From Blepharisma stoltei ATCC 30299 (taxonomy: Eukaryota; Protista; Ciliophora), in the NCBI GenBank assembly GCA_965603825.1, contig CBFDEM010000005.1:372001-436000 (forward strand): a stretch of DNA of 64,000 nucleotides, given 5' to 3'. Below are positions 23,692-36,478 of the stretch, in pieces (within the stretch, counting starts at the first letter, position 1; each line of letters opens with the position of its first letter). The notes under the pieces were generated by a model, which was not told the DNA's origin, searched no databases, and was given only the letters and a program-made list of their open reading frames with translations. The position numbers were made by a program, and so were the translations under genes.

Positions 23692-24603
23692 ATGTCAGAA
23701 AACAACGCCAAAAAACGAGGGAGAAAACGGTCCATTATCAAGCCTCCAAGTAAAAAGCTCAAGCTCGAAGCCTCTCCTCCTAAAGATCAATCAATTTTCC
23801 CCATAAATCCCATAATTTCCTTTGATTTCCTAAAAAGTAAAAACAACCTCAAAGATGAGCTCTTACAAGATTATCAAGAACTACACTCCTCCTTCACCAC
23901 AAATTGCTCCTTTCATCAGAGCAAGACCGTAATTAAAAATATTGCCAAAATTATTGAATCCCAGTTTGAAATAGATGGTCAATCTTTGATTGACATACTG
24001 AATGCAATTCAAAATGATTTGGCTATGAGTGACTTTGAATTACTGGCATGGGCTGCAATTCTTGAAAGGATCAACGCTAAAGAATTTTTAATTCCAATCA
24101 GAAATTTACTGAGCAATTTTGCATTTGTTGCAAAAAGTTCTTTAAACGACGGCATGGAGCCTTTCCAAGCTTTCATGGTTTCAAAGAGACCAAACTTTGT
24201 AGAAGAATACAATGAATGAATTAAAACAGTTAAGCATTCATTCTCAATCAATTTAAGAGATATTAACCAGAAATACAAAGAGCTGTGAAAGACAAGAGAT
24301 GATAGTCCTGCAGAAAGTATTTCAACCAGCTATTCTATTTATGTAGATGATGAACTCAATTCAGCCTCTCCTTATGATCATGATATACTGGCAAACGAAA
24401 ACGGAGAGAATCGAAGTTTAAGGGAAGATCCAGTAACACCGAAAAAAACGCCGGATTTTCCACAGTTCGAAAAGTCTGAAAGTTTAAGTGCGGAGAATGA
24501 GTATTATTATTATAAGTCTGATCGACTTTCTCCCTTTTTTACTTTTGAAAACCCTGAAAATAAAGCTGACAGTGACTCGTCATCATTACTGAGTGCAGAA
24601 TAA
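23692..24603 (+). CDS. Hypothetical protein, probably nuclear (303 aa)
   Basis: Open with TGA=W to TAA at 24601; N-terminal basic KKRGRKR/KKLKL NLS-like motifs and an acidic Ser-rich tail. Confidence 0.65.
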
Positions 24604-24929
24604 AAAATTTAATTAAATTTTTGAGAGGAATAAATGGTAGTCCGAGAAGGCAAGATTTGGGTAGGATTGTTGAAATATTACTTAAGTAGCGTTAATAAAG
24701 TTTACTGTATTAAGATGGAGAGGTTGATATATGATAAACATACGATTCATTAATCTATTAGAAATTAATAATTTATTTTCAAAGTTTCATTAACAAAATC
24801 AGCAATTTTTTTTATTATTTCCTCTTCAGGTTTTATTATCACCAATCTAAAGTTTTTTACAAGCAATCAATTAAGCCTAAATGCCCATTGCTCTTAATTA
24901 CTGTTAAACTAATACCTATTATTAAAGTT

Positions 24930-26963
24930 ATGAATAAAAAGACCCAGTATCAAGAAGATATCATAAAATCAGTTCTTGGTCTGCTCCATTCCAATCAGTA
25001 CTTTAAAGCTCTTACTTCGCTTGAACAAGAATCCAAAATCAGGCTGCACTCTTACGGGAAAGAAATTGATTTTCTTTATGATCTTCTAATGGACGGACGA
25101 TTTGATGATGCAGAAAAGTTTATCCAGCCTCTGCGTTCTCGATCCGAATTTAACTATACAAAAGTTTTATACGAAATTCGTAAACAAAAATTTCTTGAAT
25201 CAATCGAAAATTCAGATTCACCAAATCTTCAAGAACTTGTGAATGCTTTAAAAGAAATTGAGTCTTTGGCAAGTAAAGAAGAATTCAACACACTTTGTTT
25301 ATGCCTCAGCCTCGATAAAATCACTGATCATGCTGATTACTCTGACTGAACGATATGGAAAGGCCGTTATTATTGCTTTAATGAATGCATAAAATATATG
25401 AATCATGTATATCCCATAACAAACTATCAGAAACCCAAAATAAATTTAGAAGAAGTCGTCCTGAAATCTCTCGACTCTGAGTTTTCTCCTAAAAATGAAA
25501 AAGTTGAAGGCACAAGCCCTAGAGTTTTGAAAACAAGCACTCAAGGCTCCAGAGAAAGCTCGCGGTACTCTTATAACATGAACCCAGAAAATAAAAAAAT
25601 TGAACCAAATGAAGGGAGTTTTGTGATTAATGAAAGCGAAACAGACAAAGAAAGCAAAAAAAGTGTCAGCTGGAACATTGGCAGCAAAGAAGAGCAAGAA
25701 ATAGGAAAAGACCCAGAGAATCCAAAAAGCGTGTTTATTGAGTCACTTGATATTTCAAGTGAAGAGCCACAGCAAGAAGAAAAGGAGGAAGAAGAGGACG
25801 AAAGCCATGGCTTTGCTCCGACAAACTATGAGCTGATGGCTCAATTCGATCCAAGCACTTTAAGAGAAGTCACCAAAGTCAAAGATATACAGCCGATCCG
25901 TGCCTGTGCGTTTAACCATGATGGGGATTATTTTGTATTAGGAACGAACTCGAAAACTCTCAAAGTCTGCTCATTGCATAATATTGTTGATGGACTAATT
26001 TACAATGAGCAGCAAGGTAGGGAGCAGTTTATTGATATTGTATTTGAAATGAATAATGTTCATTATGGCTCAGTCTACTGTGTAGATTGGTCAAATTCAG
26101 GGCAACAAATAGCTTCAGGGTCCAATGATAAGTCTATAAAAGTCATTTATGCGCCTGATTTTTTGACTCTTCAAGAAACAAACTCAGAAACTGTGATTTA
26201 TTCAAATGGGAGATATCTTACTGGAGAAGGAGATTTGCCAGAATTGCAAGAAAGGCTGCTAACAGGCCATGAAGGAACTGTAAGAACTGTACTATTTCAT
26301 CCTGTTGACGAAAGAGTATTAATGAGTGGAGGCATTGCAGATGCTTCTTTAAAATTATGAAATACAGAAACTGGGCAAAATTACCAAAGCTTAGCTGGCC
26401 ACTTAGGTGCAATTTACAGCATAGCAGCAGCTGGAGATGGCAGTTACGTTTGCAGTGTAGGGACCGACAAGAAAGTCAGAGTTTGGGATATAAGAAGCGC
26501 CAAATGTGGAATCAGCATGAATGGGGAAATGTTTTCAGAAATGAACTCTATCACTGTCAATAATTCTATCCAAAATATCAGAGCTGAAACCAAAATAAAA
26601 ATCGCCAAAATGTACATGAATAATAGAGGCATGAATAAGCCTCAACCAAACAGTCAGAAATTAGCTGCAGTCGGCCATACAGACGGGACTGTCTCTATTT
26701 GGGACATCACAGCTGGCAAACTGTTCAGTAAATATACATACCACTCATCAGAGTGCCGATCTGTTGATTTCTCATCAAATGGGCAATGGATCGCATCAGG
26801 ATCTTTCGACTCAACGCTAGGTCTTATTGACATGTCAAAAGGCCAAGTTTTCAAGCTCGAGCCTCATATGGACCGCATTGTGAGTGCTAAGTGGCATCCG
26901 TCCCTCCCTATTTTGCTGTCAACATCTGCAGATAAAACTGCACGCATTTTTTCTATATGCTAA
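24930..26963 (+). CDS. WDR47: WDR47-like LisH/CTLH + WD40 protein
   Basis: LEQES..DGRFDDAEKFIQPL..YEIRKQKFLE at the N-terminus; HYGSVYCVDWS..IASGSNDK and further WD repeats; TGAs at 25347 and 26358 read as W. Confidence 0.88.
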
Positions 26964-26983
26964 GATAAATATTCTATTATTAA

Positions 26984-28483
26984 ATGGACCCTTTTTTCAT
27001 TGCAGCAAGCAAACTTCGTAGGAAGCATTATGATGAATGTATTGAAATATGTGACCAATTATTAGCAAAAAACGCATATGATCAGGCTGCGTGGTTCTTG
27101 AAATGCAGAGCTTTAACGCTAAAATGCTGGATTGATGATCTTGAAATTGATGAAGAAGGCATGGCTGATATTATGCTTGATGAAAATTCAACGGCGGCAG
27201 TTCCAAGACCAGGGACTTCGATTCAGAGACCAAATTCATCAGCAAGCGGAGGAATTTCTCCAGCCATGAGGCCAGTTACAAGAGGTGGGAGGCCTATAAC
27301 TGGATTTGCGAGGCCTGGATCTGCAAGACCAACTTCATCATCAGGCTCTATCGAAGCCGCAATTAGATCACAAACTGGGAAGCCAGGCACGGCAAGGCCG
27401 GTGACAAGCTCCGGAAGATATCTAAGATTAGGCACAGCTTCAATGTTAAGCACTGGAGATCAATTTATTGTTGCAGACAAACTTGATATGAAAAGAATGG
27501 CCCAAAAGCAGGCTATCGCTAAAGCGCTGTGCGATTATTTGATATATGTTGATCATAACCCTAAAAAAGCTTTAGAATTGTGCGCAGAAGCTACGGTTGT
27601 GTCAGGTTTTCAAGATTGATGGTGAAAATCAAGACTTGGAAAATGCTATTTCCAGCTTGGACTGTTTAGGGACGCCCAGAAGCAGTTTGAAAGCAGCTTA
27701 AAACAAGAAGATATGATTCCTACACATATAGAATTGTCAAAAGTATATATTCGGCTAGATCAGCCTAATTTTGCACTAAACCAGCATAAAAAAGCTTTAG
27801 ATAAGCACCAAGAAAATGAGAATTTGACATTAGCATTAGCCAGGGTCAATGAGCTCATGAACAATGCTGACTTAGCAGCTTCTCTCTTTAAAGCAGTTTT
27901 GCAGGTGAACCCATGCAATATTGAAGCAATAGCATCCCTCGCATCCCATAATTTCTATACAGACCATCCAGAAGTTGCTCTAAGGTTCTACAGAAGGCTG
28001 CTGCAATTAGGAATCAGCAACGTAGAAATTTGGAATAATTTAGGACTAGCTTGCTATTATGCAGGACAATACGACTTGTGCATGAAATGCATGGAAAGAG
28101 CTTTGGATGCTGACGATAGCAATGGAGATGTGTGGTATAATATTGCAAATATCGCAATAGGCATGGGAGAGCTGAACATGGCTTATCATGCCCTGAAAGT
28201 TGCTGTAAGTGTAGAAAATACACATGCAGAAGCTTATAATAATTTAGGGGTTCTAGAACTTAGAAAAGGGAACGTTGAGCAAGCTAGAAATTACTATCAG
28301 TCAGCTACAAGGATTGCTGACTACTTATATGAGCCACTCTATAACTCAGCACTGCTTGCATTCCGAACTGGCGAAATGCAAGAAAGCTACAACCTTGTAC
28401 AGAAAGCTCTCGCAATATTCCCAGAGCATGCTGACTCTAAGGAGCTGCTAAAGACACTAAAGCAGCATTTTGATTCTTTATAA
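26984..28483 (+). CDS. BBS8: BBSome subunit BBS8/TTC8
   Basis: YDQAAWFLKCRALT, PRPGTS, RPVTSSGRYLRLGTASM, D[W]W[W]KSRLGKCY (TGA TGG TGA), TPR repeats. Confidence 0.96.
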
Positions 28484-28502
28484 GTTAATTTAAACCTATT
28501 AC

Positions 28503-29477
28503 TTAGTTAAGATTCTGGCCTGGTCTAAAGGATGTAATAGTGCCCAAGCTTTGTGTAAGATTATAAATTCCAGCCATTTGTATCCCTGATTTCAAAGCAT
28601 AATTAGGTCCGGTGTATCCCCACCAATCCCAGCATCCATCTGTATTTACCTGCGACTGTGGAAGTACTTGTGGGTAAATTACTACAATGTTATTGGCTTC
28701 AGCCCAGCCATTAAGGCCGCTATTCTTAATAAAAACAGCTCCAACAGTGTCGTAGTTCTGATTGCAACCATGAAGAGCGACATGAACTTTGCATGCGTTT
28801 TCAATGCAATAAGCAGGCTGATAAATCCAGCCGAATGTGTCCATTCCTGCGCTGGAGTTGGATACAAACTCATGTTGAGGGAATTGGTACAAATTTGCAA
28901 AATTCTGAGTAACTGCTGGCTGCAAAGTGCCGTAAATCGATTTCAGCATAAGTCCAGCTGCATCGAGTTGGCAGTTATTTATATATGGAGTTCCATAATA
29001 CCAGCAAGGATTTCCTTCGCTGCTAGTAATCCATGCAAAATTGGCTTGCTGGTCAAATGTTGCATTAATTCTATGATTGTCTATAAGACTTTGGTAATAA
29101 GCATAGAGTTTTCTCCCTACACTTTGATTTACAACTTCATCCTTTGCTCCTGCAAAAATCCAAACGTGATCCGTTGCTACGTTCACAACATTGTCAATGT
29201 TCCCTGCTGAAGCTTGATCCTTAGTGTATTGGACTAAAGCATCTGTATTTATTAAATATCCAGCATTGGTGCATGCAGTGGATGCTGTTACTGCTGAACC
29301 TTGGGCACAGTAATATGGTGCACCTGCTATAAGGCCTGCTCCTACGCTATCTGCAGAGAATGCAATGTTTAATTGGACTGCCATATTTGCGCCGGCGCCC
29401 AAACCTGAGGCAGTGAACGCCTGGGATGATAAAGAAAGGCCTAAAAGTCCCAAGAAGAAAACAAATTTCTTCACCAT
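28503..29477 (-). CDS. Secreted poly(3-hydroxybutyrate) depolymerase-like protein, catalytic residues apparently substituted
   Basis: Signal peptide; IAGAPYYCA, G..D.VV, VHVALHGCNQ, NNIVVIYPQ, GCWDWWGY. Confidence 0.85.
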   Translation of the reverse strand: MVKKFVFFLGLLGLSLSSQAFTASGLGAGANMAVQLNIAFSADSVGAGLIAGAPYYCAQGSAVTASTACTNAGYLINTDALVQYTKDQASAGNIDNVVNVATDHVWIFAGAKDEVVNQSVGRKLYAYYQSLIDNHRINATFDQQANFAWITSSEGNPCWYYGTPYINNCQLDAAGLMLKSIYGTLQPAVTQNFANLYQFPQHEFVSNSSAGMDTFGWIYQPAYCIENACKVHVALHGCNQNYDTVGAVFIKNSGLNGWAEANNIVVIYPQVLPQSQVNTDGCWDWWGYTGPNYALKSGIQMAGIYNLTQSLGTITSFRPGQNLN

Positions 29478-29791
29478 ATTTTGTATAGTGAAGCCAGTTG
29501 AGTAAGTGACGGCATAAGATTAAGAATTTAAATAAAATTATTTAATTTATCATTAAAATAAATGATTAATGGTCCTTTTTGAATAAAAGATTAACAAAAT
29601 CATAAGTAAAAAGGAATTCAAATTCTTAATTAATTATTTCGAATCTTTGTATATGGCTATCCTACAGCAATTTTTGAAAAATGAGATCTTTAATTATAAA
29701 GATAAAGTTTCAACATAAATTTATTTATATTTCCAAAATTTATTTTTATCGCTTGCATAAAATTAAAATTATCAGGTTCATCATCTGAATT

Positions 29792-30238
29792 TTACAATAT
29801 TTTTGATTTTTTCGTCCTCAATCTAATACTAGAATTAAATCTCATCGGAGAAAGATCAATATGCTTTTCATTAAGTATCTTACTCAATGGCTTAATTGTT
29901 GAGCCCAATTTCGCTCGAATAGGAGATTTAGATTGAGCAGCTTTTAAGTGTAGTCGTGAAGTGCTTAAATCTCTTAATGGAGAAGAAGAATCTTTATTAA
30001 GTATTCCAAAATTGTGAACGAAATGGGAGGTTCGTAGTAGATTGATTTTTGGCTGTTTGATTATCTTGTTCTGGGAGATGGAAATAGGTATTGTTTTTTC
30101 CTTTTCTGTTTTTAATTTTGTCAATCTTCTGACAAGATCGTTATATTCGAAATGAACTCCATATCGCATTTCTTCGCTTATAGTTGCTTGCTTTTGACTT
30201 TCTTCAATTAGTCTTTTGTGGAAATCATTAGGCAACAT
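29792..30238 (-). CDS. Hypothetical basic protein (148 aa)
   Basis: ATG-to-TAA ORF between AT-rich spacers; no motif recognised. Confidence 0.5.
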   Translation of the reverse strand: MLPNDFHKRLIEESQKQATISEEMRYGVHFEYNDLVRRLTKLKTEKEKTIPISISQNKIIKQPKINLLRTSHFVHNFGILNKDSSSPLRDLSTSRLHLKAAQSKSPIRAKLGSTIKPLSKILNEKHIDLSPMRFNSSIRLRTKKSKIL

Positions 30239-30568
30239 TAGATTGATTTCTATTACAGTTTTATGGAGAATTATATCATGGCGAAATGAAAATTATCCAC
30301 TATTAGTTAAAAGTAATTTTTATTGATGGAAACACCTTAAAGATTGATTTTTATCGAAGGCATTAATAAACTGAATTAAGCAAAAAGTTATATTAAATAA
30401 ATACCAATTTAATATGGTGATCGTTAATTATGGGAACAGGAAATAGTTCAATTTATGTTATTATCAAATTTCAAATAAAATTTCACAATGGTAATAATGC
30501 CAATAATTTGTAAATCAACACTAATCTTCATTTAGTTAAATTTAAGTGAAAAAAATTAAAAGCTTAAT

Positions 30569-31969
30569 TTAATCCAATTGTCCACTTGAAACTATTCTAA
30601 CAATTTTAGTTGGAACATCACCTTTTGTTTGAACGTTTTCTATTTCTCTGCACAGCTCAAAACCTTCTATAATTTTCCCAAAAACAGTCTGTTTTCCATC
30701 TAAATAAGGCGCAGGTCCAAGCATTATCATAAATTGTGTCCCATAAGTTCCGTCCCCATTGCTAGTCATCGAAAGAAATCCTTCCTCAGTATGCTTTAAA
30801 GCATAGTTTTCGTTTTCAAATTTTGCATCAATTTCAATTCCTCCTTCTATCATCAGCCCTTTTATTATTTTATTGATCAAGCTTCCTTGATAGTAAAGAT
30901 TATCTTCATTATATTGAAATTCTCCAATGCATAATCTTCGGAAAATCTCTGCTGTATGTGGAGCAATATTCGAAAATAGCTCGAAAACAATTCTTTTTGG
31001 GGTAGAATTTCCTATTGAGATATCGAAATAGCACTTTGGGTTATCTTGATGATGCTGGGCTGGCAACTTTTTTTCGCTTCACGAAGAAAACATTTTTTTG
31101 CAAATTTCTTTTTCCTTTCCTACAGATTTTCTTAATCTTTGGTTTATGTTTGCTTGGAGATGGAGAAACTCTGAATTGTTGAAATCTAGCTTAAGCCCAT
31201 TTGTGCAATCATTAAGAGAATCCTCAAGGTAATTTAATTGGAAGTTTGCTAAAGCTTTTCTATATATGACTTTTATATTAGTGGGATCAAGCTGCAAAGC
31301 CTTTTCTGAGTATTCTTTAGTTTTGACCCAATCCTGAAGCTTTGTATAGCATATCGCAGAATTCGAAAATAATTGGATTTTTAAGAGTTTTTGTTCTTGG
31401 AGAAGATCTGGTGATTCATCTTCATCGATTGGGAAATCAATCATAAAAGAAATTGCAGGGTTGTAGCACTCATCAATGGCTTTTTTGAACTCAGATGATT
31501 TTACTTTTTCGTTGCCAATTTCTTTTAACTTCTTCGCAATTTCAAGCCTTTCTCTGAGATTTGAATCACTAAATGGATTTTTATTCTTAGATTTTCCTAT
31601 TAGTTCTACTTCAAACTTTAGAATTGAGAGCGGAGGAATTAATGGTGGCATTCCTTTTTCTCCATATGCATAATCAGAGCGGATTATAAAATTAGCCTTC
31701 TCACCTATTTTCATTGTTGCTATTCCTTGGTCAAGTCCTTTAATTACATGCCCTTCACCTAACTTAAAAGAGAAAGGCTCATTTCGAGAATAAGAGGAAT
31801 CAAATTCCGTTCCATCTTCAAAAAACCCTCTATAATTAATTTCAATTTCATTTCCTTTCTCGAGGAGATTTGTTTTGCGATGGCGAATTCCACTTTCATC
31901 TGAAGAATTTGCAGAGCTTTTAGAGCTGATTGTTTCTTTGATTACGCCTCCATCACCGAAAAGATCCAT
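30569..31969 (-). CDS. Dual-family immunophilin: FKBP + TPR + cyclophilin (FCBP-like, 466 aa)
   Basis: FKBP (FDSSYSRNEPFSF, YAYGEKG.PP.IPP), three TPRs, in-frame TGA at 31079, then cyclophilin (CYFDISIG, FELF..AP.TAE.FRRLC, VFGKIIEG). Confidence 0.88.
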
Positions 31970-32049
31970 TTTATTTCTGATTAAGGTATTATTAATAGGA
32001 AAATTATAATGAGAAATACATTAGTTTCACGAAGGCTTCTCACCCTGAG

Positions 32050-33054
32050 TTATCTCCGAGCTCTTAAATTATAACATATAAGTCTCGGATAAAATAAAAT
32101 CGTCAAGAATATAAACCCGTAAGTCAGGCTGCCAAGTATTAATGCAGCCTCCTGCACGTCATCATAGCAGTTTTCTTCTATACAGCTTGATCTTTGCATC
32201 ACATATACGCCGAAAAAGTTATAGCCAAGTACAGCAGCAAAATAAATATCTTTATACATAGTCATAAAAATAACTCCCAGTACGAATAAGACGCTCATAA
32301 TTAAAACAGTTCAACTATTGAAGCTCATCCCAAACATTTCATCTGATTGAGCTTTGTCTATTTTTATTATTGTAATTATAATGCATCTGCAGAGCTCTAC
32401 TAATACTAGAGCTACCAAAACAGAAAACTGCAGATGAATTCCGATATATTCGAGCCAAGTCACCATATACCTTCCATCTTCTTCATATTTTATATTGGAA
32501 TATACAATAACTAGCAAAATTCCAACTATTATCAAAATAAGGTCATTGAAAATAAATGAAATTGTTTCACTATATAGTCTTCTGGAAAAAATATAAGCTC
32601 CCAGCAATACGCATACAGGAAAGTGATAATATTTTAATTTTTCACTTAAGAATGAAATGGAGTTTGTTGACTTTTTAAATAAGACTGGAATCAAAAAGAC
32701 TGAAAGAACCAATATAAAAATCCAAATTGAAGATTCAAAATAAGGATCTATAGTAAAAGGAGACTCATTTGTTGGTGCAGATCTTTCGCCAAACCTAGAA
32801 AAATATTCTCCAGCAATAAAACCACTCAGTTCACAAGTAAGTCCTAGCAGATTTAAGCCTCTGAGGAAAATTATATGGTGTTTGGAGTATTTATTATAGA
32901 GCCAACCGCCTGGGATTCTTTCTATAGATGACTGATCGACTATTAAAGTTTCTGCTTCTGATAGCACAGATTTTCCTTGTGTGTAAATGCTTCTTAGTGC
33001 CAAATAATTCGAATCGTCTACCATAAAAGTAGGATCATCGTTTTTACTATCCAT
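32050..33054 (-). CDS. Hypothetical multipass membrane protein (334 aa)
   Basis: Two ORFs join through the TGA at 32311; about 7-8 hydrophobic segments. Confidence 0.7.
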
Positions 33055-33076
33055 TTATAAATTAAAGTAATTTTAA

Positions 33077-34555
33077 CTATCGCCACTCAGGTTTTTTAGG
33101 CTCTTGATTCGCAGCTCTTTCTGCTTTGAGCATCGCCATATTCCTAGCAATTTGTTTTACATAGCTTGGGGCATCAATTGTTATTGGTGCATGAGTACAT
33201 TCAGCGAGTTCTTGCTTTTCGCGTTCTTCTATAATTGATTTGACCCTTTGCTCGCTGATTCTTTGCTGGTCTTTCATTCTAGCTACGTATGAATCTGGGT
33301 CATCTAAAATTTTTATCGTTGATGTTACATTTGTGTAGCGTTTGCTTTGGAAAAGACCAGAATCTAAAAAATTTCTGAAATTCTGGTTGATTTCTTCTTT
33401 TTTAGCGTTTATGTTTTCTTCACGTTTCTTCGAGTCTCCATGGCACATTTCAGCAAAACTTCTGTTTTTCTTCAGCTTTGCCTTTTTTGTGATTTTTGGC
33501 TGAAAAGTGCAGCCTTCAGGCTTTTCTGTATTTTTTAATGTTTTAAGCTTTTTCTCTATCATTTCATTATTTCTTTCATAAAATTCTTTCTTCACCAGCT
33601 TCTTTGATCTTTCACAAATCATAGGAGCTGGTGCTGGCATGTTTTCATAATAATTTTTCTTTTCAATTTTCATCAACTCATAGAGAGCCTGCCTTTCAAA
33701 AAAAGGTCTTGACGAAAAAGAGTCTCCATACTCTTGATATCCAGTAGAAGAAACAATTGATTGCTTAGAAGAAGAATTAATTTCCTCTTCAGGCTCTTTC
33801 GGTTCTTCTATCTCTTTGGGTTTTGACAATCTTTCAAAAGGATCCTGCTTTACATACTCTTTAACAGACTTCATGCCTTTCGCAACACCTTTTACTTTCG
33901 GTGCAAAAGTGCATTGATCCTTAAGCATAAGCTTCAGCCTCGGGCTCATCCTTTGCTCATTTGCATCTAGATATCTTGGCTGTATTTCAGTCCTATTAAT
34001 TTCTGGCTTAAATGTGCATCCTCTTAATTCTTCTTCCTCTTTCATTCTTTCTTGCTCTTCTCTTAGCTTCTGAAGTCTAAAATTTTCTTTGATTCTTGAA
34101 AGCCTTTCAAAAGGGCTTTCAATGATTTCATGAGAAATTATGTTTGTTGTAGGCTGGAATGTACAGTTTTTTTTAATTATTTGCTGCTGTTGAGCTTTGA
34201 GTCTTTCTTGCTCAACTGAGCGTCTGAGGTCTCATTGGATTTGACGATGCAAGAAATTGGATGATAAAGAATCTGAATAGTCTTTAGGAGTCATAGAAGG
34301 AGGGAGGCGAGGATAATAGTCTTCATCTTCTATTAGATAATTTTGTTCGAACTCAGTTTCATGGTCGGGGCTATTCTCTTGGGATATGTGGGTATCATCT
34401 GGAACTGTATCGACACCTGGATAATTATTACAGGTTAATGTCTTTTCTGTTAGTGAAGATTGAGTAAAAAATGGTAAAGAAACCTTTTCTATCATTTCCT
34501 CTTTGGTGATTTTCCCTTCTTTGAGTTGTTCGATGAGCTCTGCAACTGATGTCAT
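33077..34555 (-). CDS. Hypothetical coiled-coil protein with repeated CTF.P and PFERL motifs (492 aa)
   Basis: Joined through the TGA at 34232; CTFQP, CTFKP, CTFAP, CTFQP, CTHAP motifs. Confidence 0.75.
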
Positions 34556-34759
34556 AGTTTTTGAAAATGAAAATTTATTGAATTTGAATTTATTGGGTTT
34601 TGATAGATTTGTGTGCTTAGAGAATTATTTATTAAAATATAATTGACAGTAAGATTAATATTAGTGAGCTATAAACGAAAATAAAAGGATCTTGAGATTT
34701 TTGATAAGAATAATATATAAGAAGATAAATAAATTTTTAGGCACAAATGAAATTTTAAA

Positions 34760-35224
34760 ATGGACCCTTATCTAATTCAAAGATTGCAACAAAGAAAAGA
34801 ATTAACAAGAATAAGCTTCTGAGATTTGAAAGATGAAAGTTCAGATTCAGAAGAAGACTCGGAACCAAGAAAAAAGTCAAAACCTATTGAAAATGCTGAG
34901 CCTCTCAATAATATTAACGAAGTTCCTATAGAAGAGCAGCTAGAAGAGCCAAATGTTGTTGTATGAGGGGTTGACAGATCTAAAGAAATTCGCCCAACAT
35001 TCAGGGAAGAATGCAAACAAGTTGATCCAAATATACTAGAAAAATTAGGATATGTCAATAGAAATTGTCGTCCTCCAAGCTCAAAGAGAAAAGAAATTTT
35101 GACCTCAGCTGATGACAAAAAAGCTGGACATTCAATATCTATAGAAGAGAAAAAGCAAAAAGAAAAAAACAAAATTCAAGAAATTAAAAATTTGCTCCAA
35201 CATAAATTGAAAAATAATCCTTAA
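34760..35224 (+). CDS. Short divergent NKAP-like protein (154 aa)
   Basis: Missing from the ORF track; open with two TGA=W. LGYV...TSADDKKA..IEEKKQKEKNKI resembles the NKAP C-terminal domain (GYVMSG..YSADEKRAL..EERRKRENKI). Confidence 0.6.
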
Positions 35225-35455
35225 ATTTTATACTATTGATTAAAATATTTAAAATAACTAGCAACAAGATTAAAGCCCTTAAAAAAATTATGCTTTTAAA
35301 TAAAGAAAATGAATTTAATTAGCTAATAGGGAAAAGAGGGATTGAGAATCGAAGCTTTATTAAAAATTTTGTATCAAATCTATAAATCCTCATTCGCAAT
35401 CCAAACCATGAGAAACTTACTTGGTTTATTAATTTTAAGAAGGTGGATCTTTATC

Positions 35456-36478
35456 TTAGAATAAAGCTAATATCGCTGCTGAAATAGCAAGAATTACTCC
35501 TGAACTTTCTGCGCTCTTACATTCCTTATGCCATTTCTTTAACTTCTTATAAGGAACAAAATCGATTGCATCATCAATATAGCAGTCGCTTGCTTTTTCG
35601 ATGACTGGATAATTTACAGCTTTGATGTATAAATAAGCTGTTTTTTCAACATTTCCATCACTAGCAGTTGCAAGCCATTCTTTGGTAAGGTCATCTGATT
35701 GATGAAGTGCACAGTAGGAGTGTCCTTTGCTATCTGGAACGCAAACGCATTGTCCAGGAGCTCCATTGCTGGCTGTGCAATCGCTATGCAGCTGACATTT
35801 CTTTGGTAAATCCCCAACAGTCTTTTGAGTAGCTTGACAAACTCCATCCTTTACAGCGGCAGATTTGCAAGCAAATAATGAATCTGCTGCTTCTCCGTCT
35901 TCAACTGTCCAATACTTAATGCACTTCCCTTGGTTGCAAATATGTCCAACCTTGCATTCATCTAAGAATTGACATTGCTTGCCTTCACCAACTCTTTTTG
36001 CGCAATAAAAATTAGTTTCATTGTTTTTGCAGAAATAATCTGGGTGGCAGAATGACTCGCCTTGGACACAGACATCGTTCTTTTTGAGGTACTCAATGCA
36101 AGTGAGATCATCGATTTTTGGATCATCTTCAGTCACGCAAGGGACTGCTTCGGAAACATTGAGAGCGAAATATGGGCAATGAAGATCTCCAGTGCAGCCT
36201 CCTAAGGTGTAAGTATAGGATGCATCATCGTAGTTGAGGCAAGTATCTGTTTCTTTATCAGAGCATTTGTATTTTGGACAAACCAAAGGCTCATCTACTC
36301 CAGGAACTGACACAGTAGTGGCATCTCCTGTTGTCTCTTCTGGAGCCTGCTCCTCAGCGGACTCTTCAGAAGCTTGCTCTTCAGTTGTCTCTTCTGGTGC
36401 CTGCTCTTCAGTTGTTGCGTCTTGACCTGCAACTAAGCCGAAAAGTATCAAACTTATAAGAAGTGTTCTCCTCCACAT
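35456..36478 (-). CDS. Cysteine-rich surface protein, probably GPI-anchored
   Basis: Signal peptide, acidic repeat, many Cys, and a C-terminal SAESS plus hydrophobic tail. Confidence 0.8.
   Translation of the reverse strand: MWRRTLLISLILFGLVAGQDATTEEQAPEETTEEQASEESAEEQAPEETTGDATTVSVPGVDEPLVCPKYKCSDKETDTCLNYDDASYTYTLGGCTGDLHCPYFALNVSEAVPCVTEDDPKIDDLTCIEYLKKNDVCVQGESFCHPDYFCKNNETNFYCAKRVGEGKQCQFLDECKVGHICNQGKCIKYWTVEDGEAADSLFACKSAAVKDGVCQATQKTVGDLPKKCQLHSDCTASNGAPGQCVCVPDSKGHSYCALHQSDDLTKEWLATASDGNVEKTAYLYIKAVNYPVIEKASDCYIDDAIDFVPYKKLKKWHKECKSAESSGVILAISAAILALF
36331..36417 (-). repeat. 27-bp coding tandem repeat, ~3 copies (EEQAPEETT-like)
   Basis: TTEEQAPEE / TTEEQASEE / SAEEQAPEE. Confidence 0.8.
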
